Source: Candidatus Latescibacterota bacterium
GTDB taxonomy: Bacteria > Latescibacterota > UBA2968 > UBA8231
DNA: 64,000 bases
NCBI GenBank assembly: GCA_965261395.1
Contig: OZ253462.1
Coordinates: 1,696,001 to 1,760,000, forward strand
Direction: 5' to 3'
Shown here: in pieces, positions 1 to 10,037 of the stretch
Layout of the letters: each line of letters opens with the position of its first letter
Position numbering within the stretch: position 1 is the stretch's first letter
The notes under the pieces: generated by a model
Database searches by the model: none
Told to the model about the DNA's origin: nothing
What the model saw: only the letters and a program-made list of their open reading frames with translations
Made by a program: the position numbers and the translations under genes

Positions 1-14
1 TCCCCTCTAATAGG

Positions 15-68
15 TTTCACTCGAATCAGGATTTTCACTATTTGATGAAAACGCCTATTCGAGTGAAA
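15..68. repeat. Long imperfect inverted repeat (hairpin)
   Basis: TTTCACTCGAAT (15-26) pairs with ATTCGAGTGAAA (57-68), with inner AGG/CCT and TTTTCA/TGAAAA pairings. Confidence 0.7.
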
Positions 69-91
69 TTTTTTGATTTTTTCACTGAAAT

Positions 92-172
92 AAACTACCC
101 CGCCGCAAGCAGCGGGGTAGTAGCGGGAACTACTTGACGGCCTACGCCGCAAGCGGCGGGGTATTAGACCCG
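92..172. mobile_element. Small double-hairpin element, possible non-autonomous IS200/IS605-type or REP-like element
   Basis: Two related GCAA-loop hairpins: ACTACCCCGC-CGCAAGCA-GCGGGGTAGT (94-121) and CGCCGCAAGCGGCG followed by GGGTATTAGACCC (145-171). No transposase adjacent. Confidence 0.5.
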
Positions 173-411
173 AATGAGAATCAATGGCAACAGGACGCCT
201 TCGGACAGGTCGATGCTTGGCTTGTAGAGCTTGGCTTGAGGTGATCCCCCCTAATCTCCTAGCCGTAGGTCAATGGGTAGAGACCGCTTCTCCATGCGTT
301 TAGATCGCATGGAGATTTTTTTGTTAAAAAACGCAGGGGCCTTTTTACCTTTGCCTCCGCTGGGGCGTCTTTATCTGTAGAAGGTCGATAGACGCCACCG
401 GATACATATCT

Positions 412-1170
412 ATGGACAACTTCCATCCCGAACTCTTCGTCGAGCGCTGCCTGACGGGCAACGCGCAAGCCTTTGAGCCGCTCGTCCGGCACTATCAGAA
501 TGCGGCTTTTGCCACGGCCCTGCGCTACGTGCGCTCACGAGTCGATGCCCAAGACATCGTGCAGGACGCCTTTGTCACTGCGTACTGTCGCCTAGGGCAA
601 CTGCGCGATAGGGAGCGCTTCGGCGGCTGGCTGATGCACATCGTGGCCAACCGCTGCAAGGGTTGGCTGCGTGACTGCGCTCGCATGCAGCCACTCGATT
701 CAGCCGATACAGCCTTGGAGGATTCGGCGGCGACGGAGCACGCGGACCAGATGCGGCGGCTGGATTTGCAGGAAGCCATCGATCAACTGCCCGACCACTA
801 TCGCTCGGCAGTGCTGATGTATTACCTGAGCGGCCTGTCCTACCGAGAAATCGCCGAGCTGATGGAAGTCCCCCTGAGTACAGTACGTGGCCGACTGCAA
901 CAAGGACGCATCCGGCTGCGCCAGCTATTGGACGAACCCGACTACGAGGAGATTGCCATGCAGCCAATCGACGTGACCGAGCAGGTTCAGGAAGTGGTGT
1001 GCCAGATCGCCACCCGACAGGTGCGGGAGACGATTCCGCTAGCGGGCCACACGAGGGCGAGGTATTCATGGGGACCAGAGAGCGAAACGGCCAACCCGAG
1101 TCTATGTCAATGGGTAGCGGACAGATCTGGCGAACCTATTTCTTGGGGAGCTGCCATCCGTGGGGTGTGA
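412..1170 (+). CDS. ECF sigma-70 family sigma factor; C-terminal extension probably continues in another frame
   Basis: Region 2 (DAQDIVQDAF...FGGWLMHIVANRC) and region 4 (LPDHYRSAVLMYYLSGLSYREIAELMEVPLSTVRGRLQQGR). Sequence after ~1045 looks out of frame. Confidence 0.85.
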   Translation: MDNFHPELFVERCLTGNAQAFEPLVRHYQNAAFATALRYVRSRVDAQDIVQDAFVTAYCRLGQLRDRERFGGWLMHIVANRCKGWLRDCARMQPLDSADTALEDSAATEHADQMRRLDLQEAIDQLPDHYRSAVLMYYLSGLSYREIAELMEVPLSTVRGRLQQGRIRLRQLLDEPDYEEIAMQPIDVTEQVQEVVCQIATRQVRETIPLAGHTRARYSWGPESETANPSLCQWVADRSGEPISWGAAIRGV

Positions 1171-1766
1171 CACATGGAGTTAAGACGACGGATGCCTTTC
1201 CCCAGATGCAGGCATATACCGGCAGTATGCCGGCTGATGTGCGCTGGGGATTGGGGCGGGCCACGCGGATAACGGTCTATCGCGAAAAGCTCAAAGACAT
1301 AATCCTGCCGCCCTCAGCTCTTACGGCGGAAGTCCAAAAGGTCTTTCGCCCCTGCATGTCGTCGCCCGAAAGGGTCCACGGACCGGTGGGCTCCGCCAAC
1401 TTGGTGTTGCTGGTGCCCAAAGGCAAACGCGTGACCGTCATCAAAGGGAAGCAGGTCCGCGCCTGCGGTTTGCAGGCCTCAATCAGTATCGAACTGGAAT
1501 CGTGCGCCGGCGATATCCATCTCTCGCTTGAAGAGGCCCTGCGCGGCGAGATTTTGCTGGACAAGGTGCACCTGACTGCGTTCACGCTATGCGGCCGGAT
1601 CCAGTCTACGGCCTTTGAGGGTAGGGATAAGGACAAGCCTCTCACTATAGCCAACAACTCCGAGGTGATGGTGCTGTCGAACGCGCATAGCGGCCTTGAT
1701 ATACTGGCAGCGGATTTTATGCTCAAAAGCGAGGCCGGCGCGATCGCTATCGAGAAGATGACGTAG
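1045..1766 (+). pseudogene. Probable frameshifted or partly deleted C-terminal extension of the ECF sigma factor
   Basis: Overlapping ORF 999..1766 reads as protein-like beta-rich sequence from about GPHEGEVFMG onward and has no obvious own RBS. Confidence 0.45.
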
Positions 1767-1958
1767 GAGAAAGGCGCGGCGGCTTAGGCCAAATACAGCG
1801 TCCGGGCCGCCAAAGACCTGACCACCCTGGTACTTCCCAGTTTGCCATTCTTCTCGGTGGACCAGAGATTTGCTCCTAGAGACTGCGTCGGCTTGGCGAT
1901 CCCCCAGTCCCGTTACAAGCCCTCAGACAAATCCATTCCTCAGAGCAAATAGACCGTA

Positions 1959-2642
1959 GTGAAACTGATCGTTACCAACGACGACGGCATAGAAGCAGAG
2001 GGCCTACAGACCCTGGTCCGTCTAGCCTCGCGGTGGGGCGAAGTCGTCGTTGTCGCGCCGGCGGAGCCGCAGTCCGGTGTTGGACATCAGTTGACGACCG
2101 ATAGGCCCATTCGCGTGGATAAACTGACGGAAGAACGCTACAGGATATGGGGCACGCCGGCCGACTGTTCCCGTCTGGCGCTCAACTGCCTAGCGTCCGA
2201 TGGTGACTGGGTACTCTCCGGGATCAATCACGGCGGCAATCTTGGGGTGGATGTGTACGAATCCGGCACGGTAGCCGCCGCTAGAGAGGCTGCTATTCAC
2301 GGGTGTAAGGCCATCGCCCTGTCCCACTATACCGTAAAAGGTCGATCGGTTGATTGGCCGCTGGCCGCCGAACGGCTTCAGCCGGTTTTGGATAACCTGC
2401 TAAACGAGACGCTGGAAGCCGGATGTTTTCTGAACGTGAATCTGCCCCATCCTGAACACAACCGGACGTGCTTGGAAACCAAACACGTCCCGGTAGACAC
2501 GAGCCCCCACAGAACCACATTCTCGCGAACCGGTGACGGCTTTCTATACACCGGAATCTATCAGGAGCGCTGGCGACGACCCGGCAGTGACGTGGATCAC
2601 TGTTTCAAGGGTCATATTTCGCTGTCGAAAATCGCTGTTTGA
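1959..2642 (+). CDS. surE: 5'/3'-nucleotidase SurE
   Basis: Motifs IVTNDDG, QSGVG, GTPADC, SGINHGGNLG, SGTVAAA. Confidence 0.95.
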   Translation: MKLIVTNDDGIEAEGLQTLVRLASRWGEVVVVAPAEPQSGVGHQLTTDRPIRVDKLTEERYRIWGTPADCSRLALNCLASDGDWVLSGINHGGNLGVDVYESGTVAAAREAAIHGCKAIALSHYTVKGRSVDWPLAAERLQPVLDNLLNETLEAGCFLNVNLPHPEHNRTCLETKHVPVDTSPHRTTFSRTGDGFLYTGIYQERWRRPGSDVDHCFKGHISLSKIAV

Positions 2643-2797
2643 ATGGATTGCATTGTCAGCTCCTCAGTGGGCGATGTGCGCACGTGCCCAGAGGGCGGTC
2701 GCCGTCAGGAAATTATCTCACCTATGCAAGCCCAAAAACGCCAAAAAGAAGCTACCATGCATTCAGGTTTATCGACGAAACACAGCGGAGCAGATCG

Positions 2798-3958
2798 ATG
2801 AAGATAGCCGATGTTAGAGCATTTCCGTTGCGGATTAGTGAACGCGCCGAGGGGGCGTCGCGACCGCCGATGATCGATGTCGGCGATTACCATGTGAACC
2901 GTTCGACGTCCACCACGATCTACTCGCGCCATCACGAGACCACAGTTATCCGGGTTGAGACGGACAATGGGATCGTTGGGTGGGGTGAGGCGCAGTCGCC
3001 GGTGTCGCCGAACACTACTGCGACGATAGTGCGCGAATTAGTGCGGCCGTTGGTGATGGGGTGCGATCCATTCGACATCGAGGCGATTTGGACGCGCAAC
3101 TATGGGGCGATGCGAGAGCGCGGACATCTGACGGGTTTCTACATCGACGCTCTCGCAGGGACTGACATCGCGTTGTGGGATATCGTGGGCAAGGCCGTCG
3201 GAAAGCCGGTGCACAAGATTGCGGGTGGGCGGTATCGAGATGAGATACCGCTCTACGCAGGGGTTGGTGGCACAGACCCGGTGAAGGTTGCGGATGCGGC
3301 TGAGGAGCATGTGGGCTATGGGTACAAGGCGTTGAAGTTGCACTTATTGCTGGATGTGGAGGGCGTTGCGGAGATTTGCCGCGCAGTGCGGCAGCGCGTT
3401 GGGCCGAGCATCATGCTGATGGTCGATACGCACATGCGGCAGACGGTTGCGAGTTCGATACGGCTGGGTCGTGAACTGGAGAAGCTAAGTTTCACTTGGC
3501 TGGAGGCACCAATAATACCGGAGGATATCCCAGGTCAAGCTGAGATAACCCGGGCGTTGGATATGGCGGTGGCGGTAGGGGAGTGGACGCGCACTCGCTA
3601 CGAGATGCGCGAGCAATTCGAGCGCCGGGCGTACGACATCTTGATGCACGACATCGCGCGGACGGGGATTACCGAGGGACATCGGATTGCGACGCTGGCC
3701 GACACCTACAACATCCCGGTCGCGCCGCATATCGGCGGTGGTGGGATCCTGGCGGTTGCAGCGACCGTCGAGTGGTCGGCGTCGTGTCCGAACTTCATGA
3801 TCATGGAGCACAGCCATCACGCCAACGCAGTCAAGAGCCAGATCCTCAAGGAGCCGTACGAACCTGAAAATGGCTACTACAAAGTTACGGATCGGTCGGG
3901 TTTGGGGGTTGAGGTGGATGAGGCGGCGTTGGAGACGTACGCGTTTCCGGGGAGTTGA
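2798..3958 (+). CDS. Mandelate racemase/muconate lactonizing enzyme family protein (enolase superfamily)
   Basis: VETDNGIVGWGE, ALAGTDIALWDIVGK, KxxKxH, metal ligands in MVD/WLEAP/VGE. Start moved to ATG 2798 after GGAG. Confidence 0.9.
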   Translation: MKIADVRAFPLRISERAEGASRPPMIDVGDYHVNRSTSTTIYSRHHETTVIRVETDNGIVGWGEAQSPVSPNTTATIVRELVRPLVMGCDPFDIEAIWTRNYGAMRERGHLTGFYIDALAGTDIALWDIVGKAVGKPVHKIAGGRYRDEIPLYAGVGGTDPVKVADAAEEHVGYGYKALKLHLLLDVEGVAEICRAVRQRVGPSIMLMVDTHMRQTVASSIRLGRELEKLSFTWLEAPIIPEDIPGQAEITRALDMAVAVGEWTRTRYEMREQFERRAYDILMHDIARTGITEGHRIATLADTYNIPVAPHIGGGGILAVAATVEWSASCPNFMIMEHSHHANAVKSQILKEPYEPENGYYKVTDRSGLGVEVDEAALETYAFPGS

Positions 3959-3996
3959 GAAACTGGGTGTAGAGCGGGTGAGAGAGCTATGAATTT

Positions 3997-4036
3997 GATT
4001 CCGCCGGAAATCTCAGTGCTGAAATCCGGCGGAATC
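3997..4036. terminator. Hairpin between convergent genes, possible bidirectional terminator
   Basis: Perfect 12-bp stem GATTCCGCCGGA / TCCGGCGGAATC. Confidence 0.55.
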
Positions 4037-4109
4037 GATGGGGTCCTATGTATTCCTGCTGTCAGAAACTCGCCTTCGGACATCGGTGCAGGATATATGC
4101 TGTCCGGTT

Positions 4110-6146
4110 TCACTCATCGCGGAGGCATCCGTTTATCTTGTGATTTGGATCGTCGGGCAAAGCGGCGTGGTCGATATTTGCATCGACACCACTGGAAACC
4201 GCCTTGATGGTGCCCCCGTTCAGGTTTACCGGACCTGGGGAGACGGCTATTCCGCTCATATCCCGATCCCACCGGCCAACACAGTACTCAAAGACAAGCC
4301 TCTCCGTGCCTGATCCGTTCTTGTAGCGGGCCCTGCGCGATTCATCGTGGTCAAATTCGAGCATCAGATAGGGTCTGCCTGTTACTGTCACAGGCATGTC
4401 GAAGGCCACCTCTACCTTTATGATCTCACCACGGCCATAGGTGGTCCCACTCTCGGGAGTGGAAATTATCCGGAGTCCCTCGATTACAGGTATTGGTTCC
4501 TCCAAGGCCACCTTTGCGGTAGCTGGCGTTTCCGGAGTCACATTCTTTGGCAGGTCACCGAAGTTTATCCAGATGATCTCTTCGGCACCTTCATCGTGGT
4601 CGCTATCCTGTATGGCCATCAAAGTGAAGGTCTGCATGCTTTCGCCCGGTGCAAAAGTGATACTCGACGGTACGCCGGAATAGTCTTCGGGACCAGCTCC
4701 GTCTTCCTCTACCACAGAAATGGGGATCGCGATCGGCAAAGCTCCTGCCGCTGGGTCCAGATATACCTCAATCTCGACGCCGTCGGGATCTCCCTCCCTA
4801 GTGGCGTAATGCGATTCCATAAAGCAAATGGTGCGTTTGATCTGCTCGGCTCGTATCGTCGAGGACCAAGCTCCGCTACCTTCGCTATTGTTGGCCCGCA
4901 CTTGAATTTCGTAGGCATCTTCCGTCAAATCTTCTAGCGTGACGGTCGTCCCCGTCAGATCGGTGTCTGTCACTTCGGTCCAGGCCGCTGCTCCGGCTGG
5001 CCGATAGCGGTAGTCGTGATCGGTAACCTCGAAGCCTGCTGGGAATTCCACCAAGCTCCCGTTTTCGCTGAAGCCTTCAGACGCGGTCCAGTTCACGTCT
5101 ATCTTGGTGTCGTCGGTGTCCTGAAATCCGGCTTCCACATCTCCAGGCGGCATCGGAGCCCCTACGTCCTTGACTCGGATGGTCACGTCGAGCACCGATC
5201 CACTGCACCCTGTTGGAGTTCCTTCATTGTTCAAGAGGTGGATGTCGTGTGTGTTTACGACGCGCACCTGGTACTCGTTGTCCGCGTTGCTGTCGCCGGG
5301 CGTTTCATAGTCCGGCGCGGTCTTGAAGGCCAGCGACACGGTTCCCGCTGTCGCCCTCTCTTCCGAATTCAAGGAAAACAGGGCATTGTCATCGCCCCCG
5401 TCGGGTAGCGTGTATGGATCGAAGATAGTAACGATCTCACAGCGGATAGAGAGGGGCGGCCAAGCAAACCCCCACTTCCGAGGCTGTGCCGTAACCGCCG
5501 TCCAAGCGGGCAAATCCTCGCTCTCGGGCATCGTTGCTCCCTCGTACATCTCTATGGGAGTAGAGATCTCCCAGCGTTGATCTTCTATGTATTCGGCTGG
5601 GGCTGAGAACTGAGCTGAGCCGTCGTAAACCAGATGCAAGTTGAAGACCTCAGGATCGCTTTCATCGGTTCCATCACTTGCGTAGATTGCAGACGGAAAG
5701 GTAGGAACGTAGGCGATTTCTCCGTACACTGAGGTGAACTGGGTTGGGCTTATATCGCCGTCTGGCTGGAATATAAATCGGTTGCCCTCTCGCGTGATTC
5801 GCAACAAGGCTTCCGCAGGGGTCTGAATGCCCGAAAGACCGGGCACTGCGAATGCGAACCGGTAGGTAATGTCGTCTCCGTCCGGGTCCGTCGCTGGCTC
5901 TTCTCCTAAGTCCATTAGGGCTGCGGGACCCCTCGGGAGCAAGAGGGTCAGATCCTGACGTTTTATGGAACTATTGAGAATTGGGGTATGGTTGGCCCCG
6001 TGATCCTTGGTTGCCACCGCTTTGCCAGCAGGAAACAGTTGGGTCTGTTGAGCCGGTTGGGTCGCTTGGGTCGGCTTGGAGTCGTTGCCACAGGCGACTA
6101 CAAAAAGCGCCAGCATAAGGCTTAGGTATAAAGATAGCCGTTTCAT
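4110..6146 (-). CDS. Surface lipoprotein with cadherin-like, fibronectin type III and Calx-beta-like domains
   Basis: Lipobox VVAC at Cys19; APDYETPGDSNADNEYQV (cadherin-like); YEIQVRANNSEGSGAWS (FN3); EDYSGVPSSITFAPGE (Calx-beta-like). Confidence 0.85.
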   Translation of the reverse strand: MKRLSLYLSLMLALFVVACGNDSKPTQATQPAQQTQLFPAGKAVATKDHGANHTPILNSSIKRQDLTLLLPRGPAALMDLGEEPATDPDGDDITYRFAFAVPGLSGIQTPAEALLRITREGNRFIFQPDGDISPTQFTSVYGEIAYVPTFPSAIYASDGTDESDPEVFNLHLVYDGSAQFSAPAEYIEDQRWEISTPIEMYEGATMPESEDLPAWTAVTAQPRKWGFAWPPLSIRCEIVTIFDPYTLPDGGDDNALFSLNSEERATAGTVSLAFKTAPDYETPGDSNADNEYQVRVVNTHDIHLLNNEGTPTGCSGSVLDVTIRVKDVGAPMPPGDVEAGFQDTDDTKIDVNWTASEGFSENGSLVEFPAGFEVTDHDYRYRPAGAAAWTEVTDTDLTGTTVTLEDLTEDAYEIQVRANNSEGSGAWSSTIRAEQIKRTICFMESHYATREGDPDGVEIEVYLDPAAGALPIAIPISVVEEDGAGPEDYSGVPSSITFAPGESMQTFTLMAIQDSDHDEGAEEIIWINFGDLPKNVTPETPATAKVALEEPIPVIEGLRIISTPESGTTYGRGEIIKVEVAFDMPVTVTGRPYLMLEFDHDESRRARYKNGSGTERLVFEYCVGRWDRDMSGIAVSPGPVNLNGGTIKAVSSGVDANIDHAALPDDPNHKINGCLRDE

Positions 6147-6453
6147 GACGTAGCTCCGTGGTTACGAGGTGGGAGAAAAGGGAAGGATGGAATTACCGCT
6201 ATCGTCGAGGAAGCGTGGGACCGGAGGTCAGAGGCATCCACGGCGACGGGTACTGTTAGTGCCGTCGGTATAGATGAGGTGAGTTTGACCGGCGATCCGT
6301 TCGATGGCGAACCAGTCGCGGTCGAGAGAGGGCGTGAACTCGCCGGAGGCTGTGTTGCCGCCGACATATTCAATGTCGAGGTGTCCTGTGCGAAATCACC
6401 GGTCATAAGGCAGCCTCCCGTCTACGTCGTCTACGCCTAAATGCGCTACCGTT

Positions 6454-6469
6454 GGTGAGTGCACTCACC
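6454..6469. promoter_or_regulatory. Perfect 16-bp palindrome, candidate operator
   Basis: GGTGAGTGCACTCACC in the divergent intergenic region between the lipoprotein and PhyH genes. Confidence 0.45.
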
Positions 6470-6645
6470 TTTCAAAACGGGTGAAGGGGTGTTTCCGTTC
6501 CCGCGAAGTCTTGCCGTCCTTTATTTCGCCCCTTGTGGACGATATTAAGACCTTGACAGAGGGCCTCGAAAAGACGCCTTATTATGCCTATGCTTTTAGC
6601 TAGTGGACCAGAGATGTGCTTCGCCTGTACAGAGAGGGAAAAATC

Positions 6646-7449
6646 ATGACCGATCTCACCATGAGTGCCGAACAGATTCGCCAGTTTGACGAGGACGGCT
6701 ACCTAATCCTCGAAAACCTCTTGCCCCCGGAGGATGTCGAGCGAATTTTGCGCATCGCCCGCCGCGATCCTCAGTTGGCCGCCGACGCCAAGGGCAACCA
6801 GAACTACGAGGGCGCAGGACTCGACACCCGCCTATCCTACCGCCCCGGCCTTGCCGACGATGTGTACAGCGCCTTGGCTCGCAGCCGCCGACTCGTCGAA
6901 CCACTCGAACAGTTGTTCGGCGACCGGGTGCGCTACTACTATCAATTGCAAATGCTGAAAGATCCGCAGACCGGCGGGTGGCAATATCACCAGGACTACG
7001 GCTACCACTACGAGCAATTCTTTTACCCCGCGTTCGCCAGCGTCATGGTCGCCCTCGATCCGGCCACCCGCGCCAATGGTTGCCTGAAAGTGGTGCGCGG
7101 CTCCAACCGCCTAGGCCGGCTCGAACACCAGTCCTCCGGCTCCCAGCGCATCGCCGATCCGCAGCGAGTCGCAATGGCGCTGCAGGAAATGGAGGAGGTG
7201 TACTGTGAACTGGCGCCGGGATCGGTTCTATACTTTCACGGCAACACGCTGCACGCCTCAGAGCCAAACCTTAGCTCGCAGCCGCGCTGGTCGTTCATCT
7301 ACGCATACGTGGCTGCCTCCAATACGTACGTCCTGCCCGACTGGCCCGACGACCAGTGTCCCCTCATAGAAAAATGGGACGATTCCAAAGTGGACGCCGC
7401 TGCTCGGCGACACTGGGAGGCCGTGGCCGCAACTAAAAAAAGAGGATAA
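6646..7449 (+). CDS. Phytanoyl-CoA dioxygenase (PhyH) family Fe(II)/2-oxoglutarate dioxygenase
   Basis: QFDEDGYLILENLL, HQD, NGCLKVVRGS, FHGNTLHASEPN...R motifs. Confidence 0.9.
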   Translation: MTDLTMSAEQIRQFDEDGYLILENLLPPEDVERILRIARRDPQLAADAKGNQNYEGAGLDTRLSYRPGLADDVYSALARSRRLVEPLEQLFGDRVRYYYQLQMLKDPQTGGWQYHQDYGYHYEQFFYPAFASVMVALDPATRANGCLKVVRGSNRLGRLEHQSSGSQRIADPQRVAMALQEMEEVYCELAPGSVLYFHGNTLHASEPNLSSQPRWSFIYAYVAASNTYVLPDWPDDQCPLIEKWDDSKVDAAARRHWEAVAATKKRG

Positions 7450-7451
7450 GC

Positions 7452-8270
7452 GTGGAGGATTTCAGAGGGAACGTTGCAGCCGTTTTAATGGTTGCTTCTG
7501 CATTGTGCTTTATTCATGCCGTTCCCGGGCTGTCGCAGCCGGCCGATAAAAAAAGAAAGGTGTACGTCGGCACTATGGTGGCCGTCACTTTTGGCCAAGA
7601 CCTGCACCATAAAACGGCTTTTACCACCCCTGATAATACAGAGATGACAGTTTCGAGCCATCTCGTTATTGATTACGGAATCGGGTTCGCGGCCATTGCG
7701 GGAAAAGGAATTTCCGATTATACGGCGCTTGAATTTACCGGCTCTTGGGCGAGACTGCCATCCCATCTCGAAGTTCCCCTGCCCCTACCCACCTTCTTTA
7801 CGGAGGGGCTCTCCCAAAGCGGTTTTGAACTACCTAGCGGTTTCAACTATGACGGGAAATTAGTGACACTGCAGTCGAAGATCGATCTTTTGCTTTACCC
7901 GATAAAGATGGCCACGGGTCCCGGCGGCGGCGCGAAGCCGTACTTGGGAGGTGGCGTGGGAATCGTGCGATCGAACATGGACATGGATATTGAAAAGGAG
8001 GGGTCGCAGGCAGTTGTCGAGACTTTGGGGAGTTTTGCCGAACTGATCCCCAAAAATTTTGCCGAACTGATCCCCGAAAAGATAGACGAACTGATCCCCG
8101 AAAAGATAGACGAAAAAGAAACGGATTTTCAGTTGACCCTGCGCGCGGGCATAAACGTGCCCTTCAACAGCATAGACTTAGATTTGGGTTGGCAGTTTTA
8201 CAGAACATACGTTAAAGGGGAAGACAACAGTTCTCACGCGGCGGGCGGCATCCTGAAGTACGTGTTTTAA
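7452..8270 (+). CDS. Outer-membrane beta-barrel protein (OmpW/OmpA-like)
   Basis: Signal peptide, KPYLGGGVG, alternating amphipathic strands, C-terminal Y-x-F. Confidence 0.7.
   Translation: MEDFRGNVAAVLMVASALCFIHAVPGLSQPADKKRKVYVGTMVAVTFGQDLHHKTAFTTPDNTEMTVSSHLVIDYGIGFAAIAGKGISDYTALEFTGSWARLPSHLEVPLPLPTFFTEGLSQSGFELPSGFNYDGKLVTLQSKIDLLLYPIKMATGPGGGAKPYLGGGVGIVRSNMDMDIEKEGSQAVVETLGSFAELIPKNFAELIPEKIDELIPEKIDEKETDFQLTLRAGINVPFNSIDLDLGWQFYRTYVKGEDNSSHAAGGILKYVF
8033..8114 (+). repeat. In-frame 24-bp tandem repeat (~3.4 copies) inside the OMP gene
   Basis: TTTTGCCGAACTGATCCCC(A/G)AAAA x2, then GATAGACGAACTGATCCCCGAAAA and a partial copy; encodes FAELIPKN FAELIPEK IDELIPEK. Confidence 0.9.
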
Positions 8271-8274
8271 GCGC

Positions 8275-8631
8275 TCAGGGGTCGATCCACTCCTCCCGAA
8301 TGGTAAATGGCTCCCCGCGATCGATGTCGCTGTGGTGGATGATCAGGCGCAAGGTCCCTTCCGCGTCGATGACGTGCAGGTCGAGGGCCGTGTCCGATAC
8401 CCGGTGCGCGATTTGGCGGCAGATCAGTTGCCCGCCCGCCGTCTCGGTGCGCGTGTTGACCAGCGGCTCTGCGCCGCAGAACTCGCCGGTGAATTCGTAG
8501 CGTTCGATTTCGACCAGATTGCCGTCCGCGTCGTAAACATGCGCGATAGCACCGTCCTTAAGCTCTTCCTGCATTTCCTTGTGCCAGCCGGGTTGCCAGC
8601 GGTCTCGGCACATCGGCATGCGCTTGCCCAT
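8275..8631 (-). CDS. Hypothetical protein
   Basis: 118-aa ORF with natural composition and a purine-rich RBS-like upstream sequence. Confidence 0.6.
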   Translation of the reverse strand: MGKRMPMCRDRWQPGWHKEMQEELKDGAIAHVYDADGNLVEIERYEFTGEFCGAEPLVNTRTETAGGQLICRQIAHRVSDTALDLHVIDAEGTLRLIIHHSDIDRGEPFTIREEWIDP

Positions 8632-8852
8632 GTTTTGCTCTTCTCATCTACGCCAAAAAGCGTTTGGCATTCCCGGCAAAGTGATCCTCGATTCCATCCC
8701 CGTCAATCCCAGCACTCAGCACCTTGACAGAATTATCGTTACAGTTCCTTATTATGATTATGCGCAAATGGAGCAACTTATATCGCTTAATTAACGATGG
8801 GATTAGCTAATGGAAAAAAAGCAAGCTACCATCAAAGATATTGCACGGGAGT

Positions 8853-10037
8853 GGCTTTGGTGCATGAATTGGTGTTTTTTTCGGTTGATCGGTTGAATAA
8901 AAACAGGCTCCTCAGTAGATTGAGCACGACTTTCGCCAAAAAACCCATGCTTTCTCGTCCAAGGAACCTGTCATGGCCAACCTATCGTCTTGCCCCTCTT
9001 CCGTCAAGCCTGGTCGCTCGCCTCGCCGTCGCTCCAACGTCGTGTACCGGGTACGTAATTGGGCCGACTATGAGGCCGGGCTGCAACAGCGCGGTAGTCT
9101 GACGGTGTGGTTCACGCCCCAGGCCGTCGAAGCTTGGTATTATCAAGGGCCGCCTCAGCGGGGGGCGCAATATACCTTTTCGGAGGTCGCCATCCAAACG
9201 GCGTTGACGCTGCGTCTTTTGTATCACTTGCCCCTACGCCAAACCGAGGGGTTTGTCGCTTCGGTGTTGGCCCTGATGGGCTTGGATCTGCGGGTGCCCG
9301 ATCACACGACCCTGTCGCGCCGTCAGGCGGGTTTAGCCGTGGCGTGGCCGCCCCAGCGGGGAGACCAACCGATGCACTTGGTGGTGGATTCGACCGGGCT
9401 GAAAGTGTATGGCGAAGGCGAATGGAAGGTGCGTCAGCACGGCTGGAGCAAGCGGCGCACGTGGCGCAAATTGCACCTCGGGGTTAATGAAGCCACCGGC
9501 GAGATCGTCGCGCAGACCTTGACGACGAATAGCCACGATGATGCGGGGCAGGTGGAGCCGTTGCTGGCACAGATCGAGGCCCCCGTGGAGGCGTTGGGCG
9601 GCGATGGGGCCTATGACAAACGCAAGGTGTTCAAGGCGTTGGCCGCGCCCGAGCAGGGGGCACCTATTCATCCGATCATTCCGCCGCGCAAGGACGCCAA
9701 AATCGAGCAACATGGCAACACCAACGCCGAGCCGTTGCCCCGCGATGAGACGATTCGAGCCATCCGCAAACGGGGCCGTCGAGGTTGGAAACACGAGAGC
9801 GGCTATCATCGACGCTCGGTAGCCGAAACGCAGATAGGCCGCTACAAACAGATACTTGGTGACACCTTGCGCACCCGAACCCTAACCAACCAACAGACCG
9901 AAGCGCGGTTGGGCTGTGCCTTGCTCAACCGGATGCGGGCGTTGGCGAAACCTGAGTCCTATCCGCTAACCAAAAAAGCGTAAATCACACGCGAAAGAAG
10001 CCAACACGGCCCCGACCGGTTTTCATGCAACAAAGCC
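8853..10037 (+). mobile_element. IS5 family (IS903 group) insertion sequence, 1185 bp
   Basis: TIRs GGCTTTGGTGCATGAA / TTCATGCAACAAAGCC (one mismatch); 9-bp target duplication CACGGGAGT at 8844-8852 and 10038-10046. Confidence 0.97.
8973..9983 (+). CDS. IS5 family DDE transposase
   Basis: NWADYEAGLQQRGSLTVW, VDSTGLK, WRKLHLG, DGAYD, YHRRSVAET motifs. Confidence 0.96.
   Translation: MANLSSCPSSVKPGRSPRRRSNVVYRVRNWADYEAGLQQRGSLTVWFTPQAVEAWYYQGPPQRGAQYTFSEVAIQTALTLRLLYHLPLRQTEGFVASVLALMGLDLRVPDHTTLSRRQAGLAVAWPPQRGDQPMHLVVDSTGLKVYGEGEWKVRQHGWSKRRTWRKLHLGVNEATGEIVAQTLTTNSHDDAGQVEPLLAQIEAPVEALGGDGAYDKRKVFKALAAPEQGAPIHPIIPPRKDAKIEQHGNTNAEPLPRDETIRAIRKRGRRGWKHESGYHRRSVAETQIGRYKQILGDTLRTRTLTNQQTEARLGCALLNRMRALAKPESYPLTKKA

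Noticed and set aside
8033-8114. Possible CRISPR array
   Set aside because: Repeats are directly tandem, in frame in a CDS, have no spacers and no cas genes nearby.
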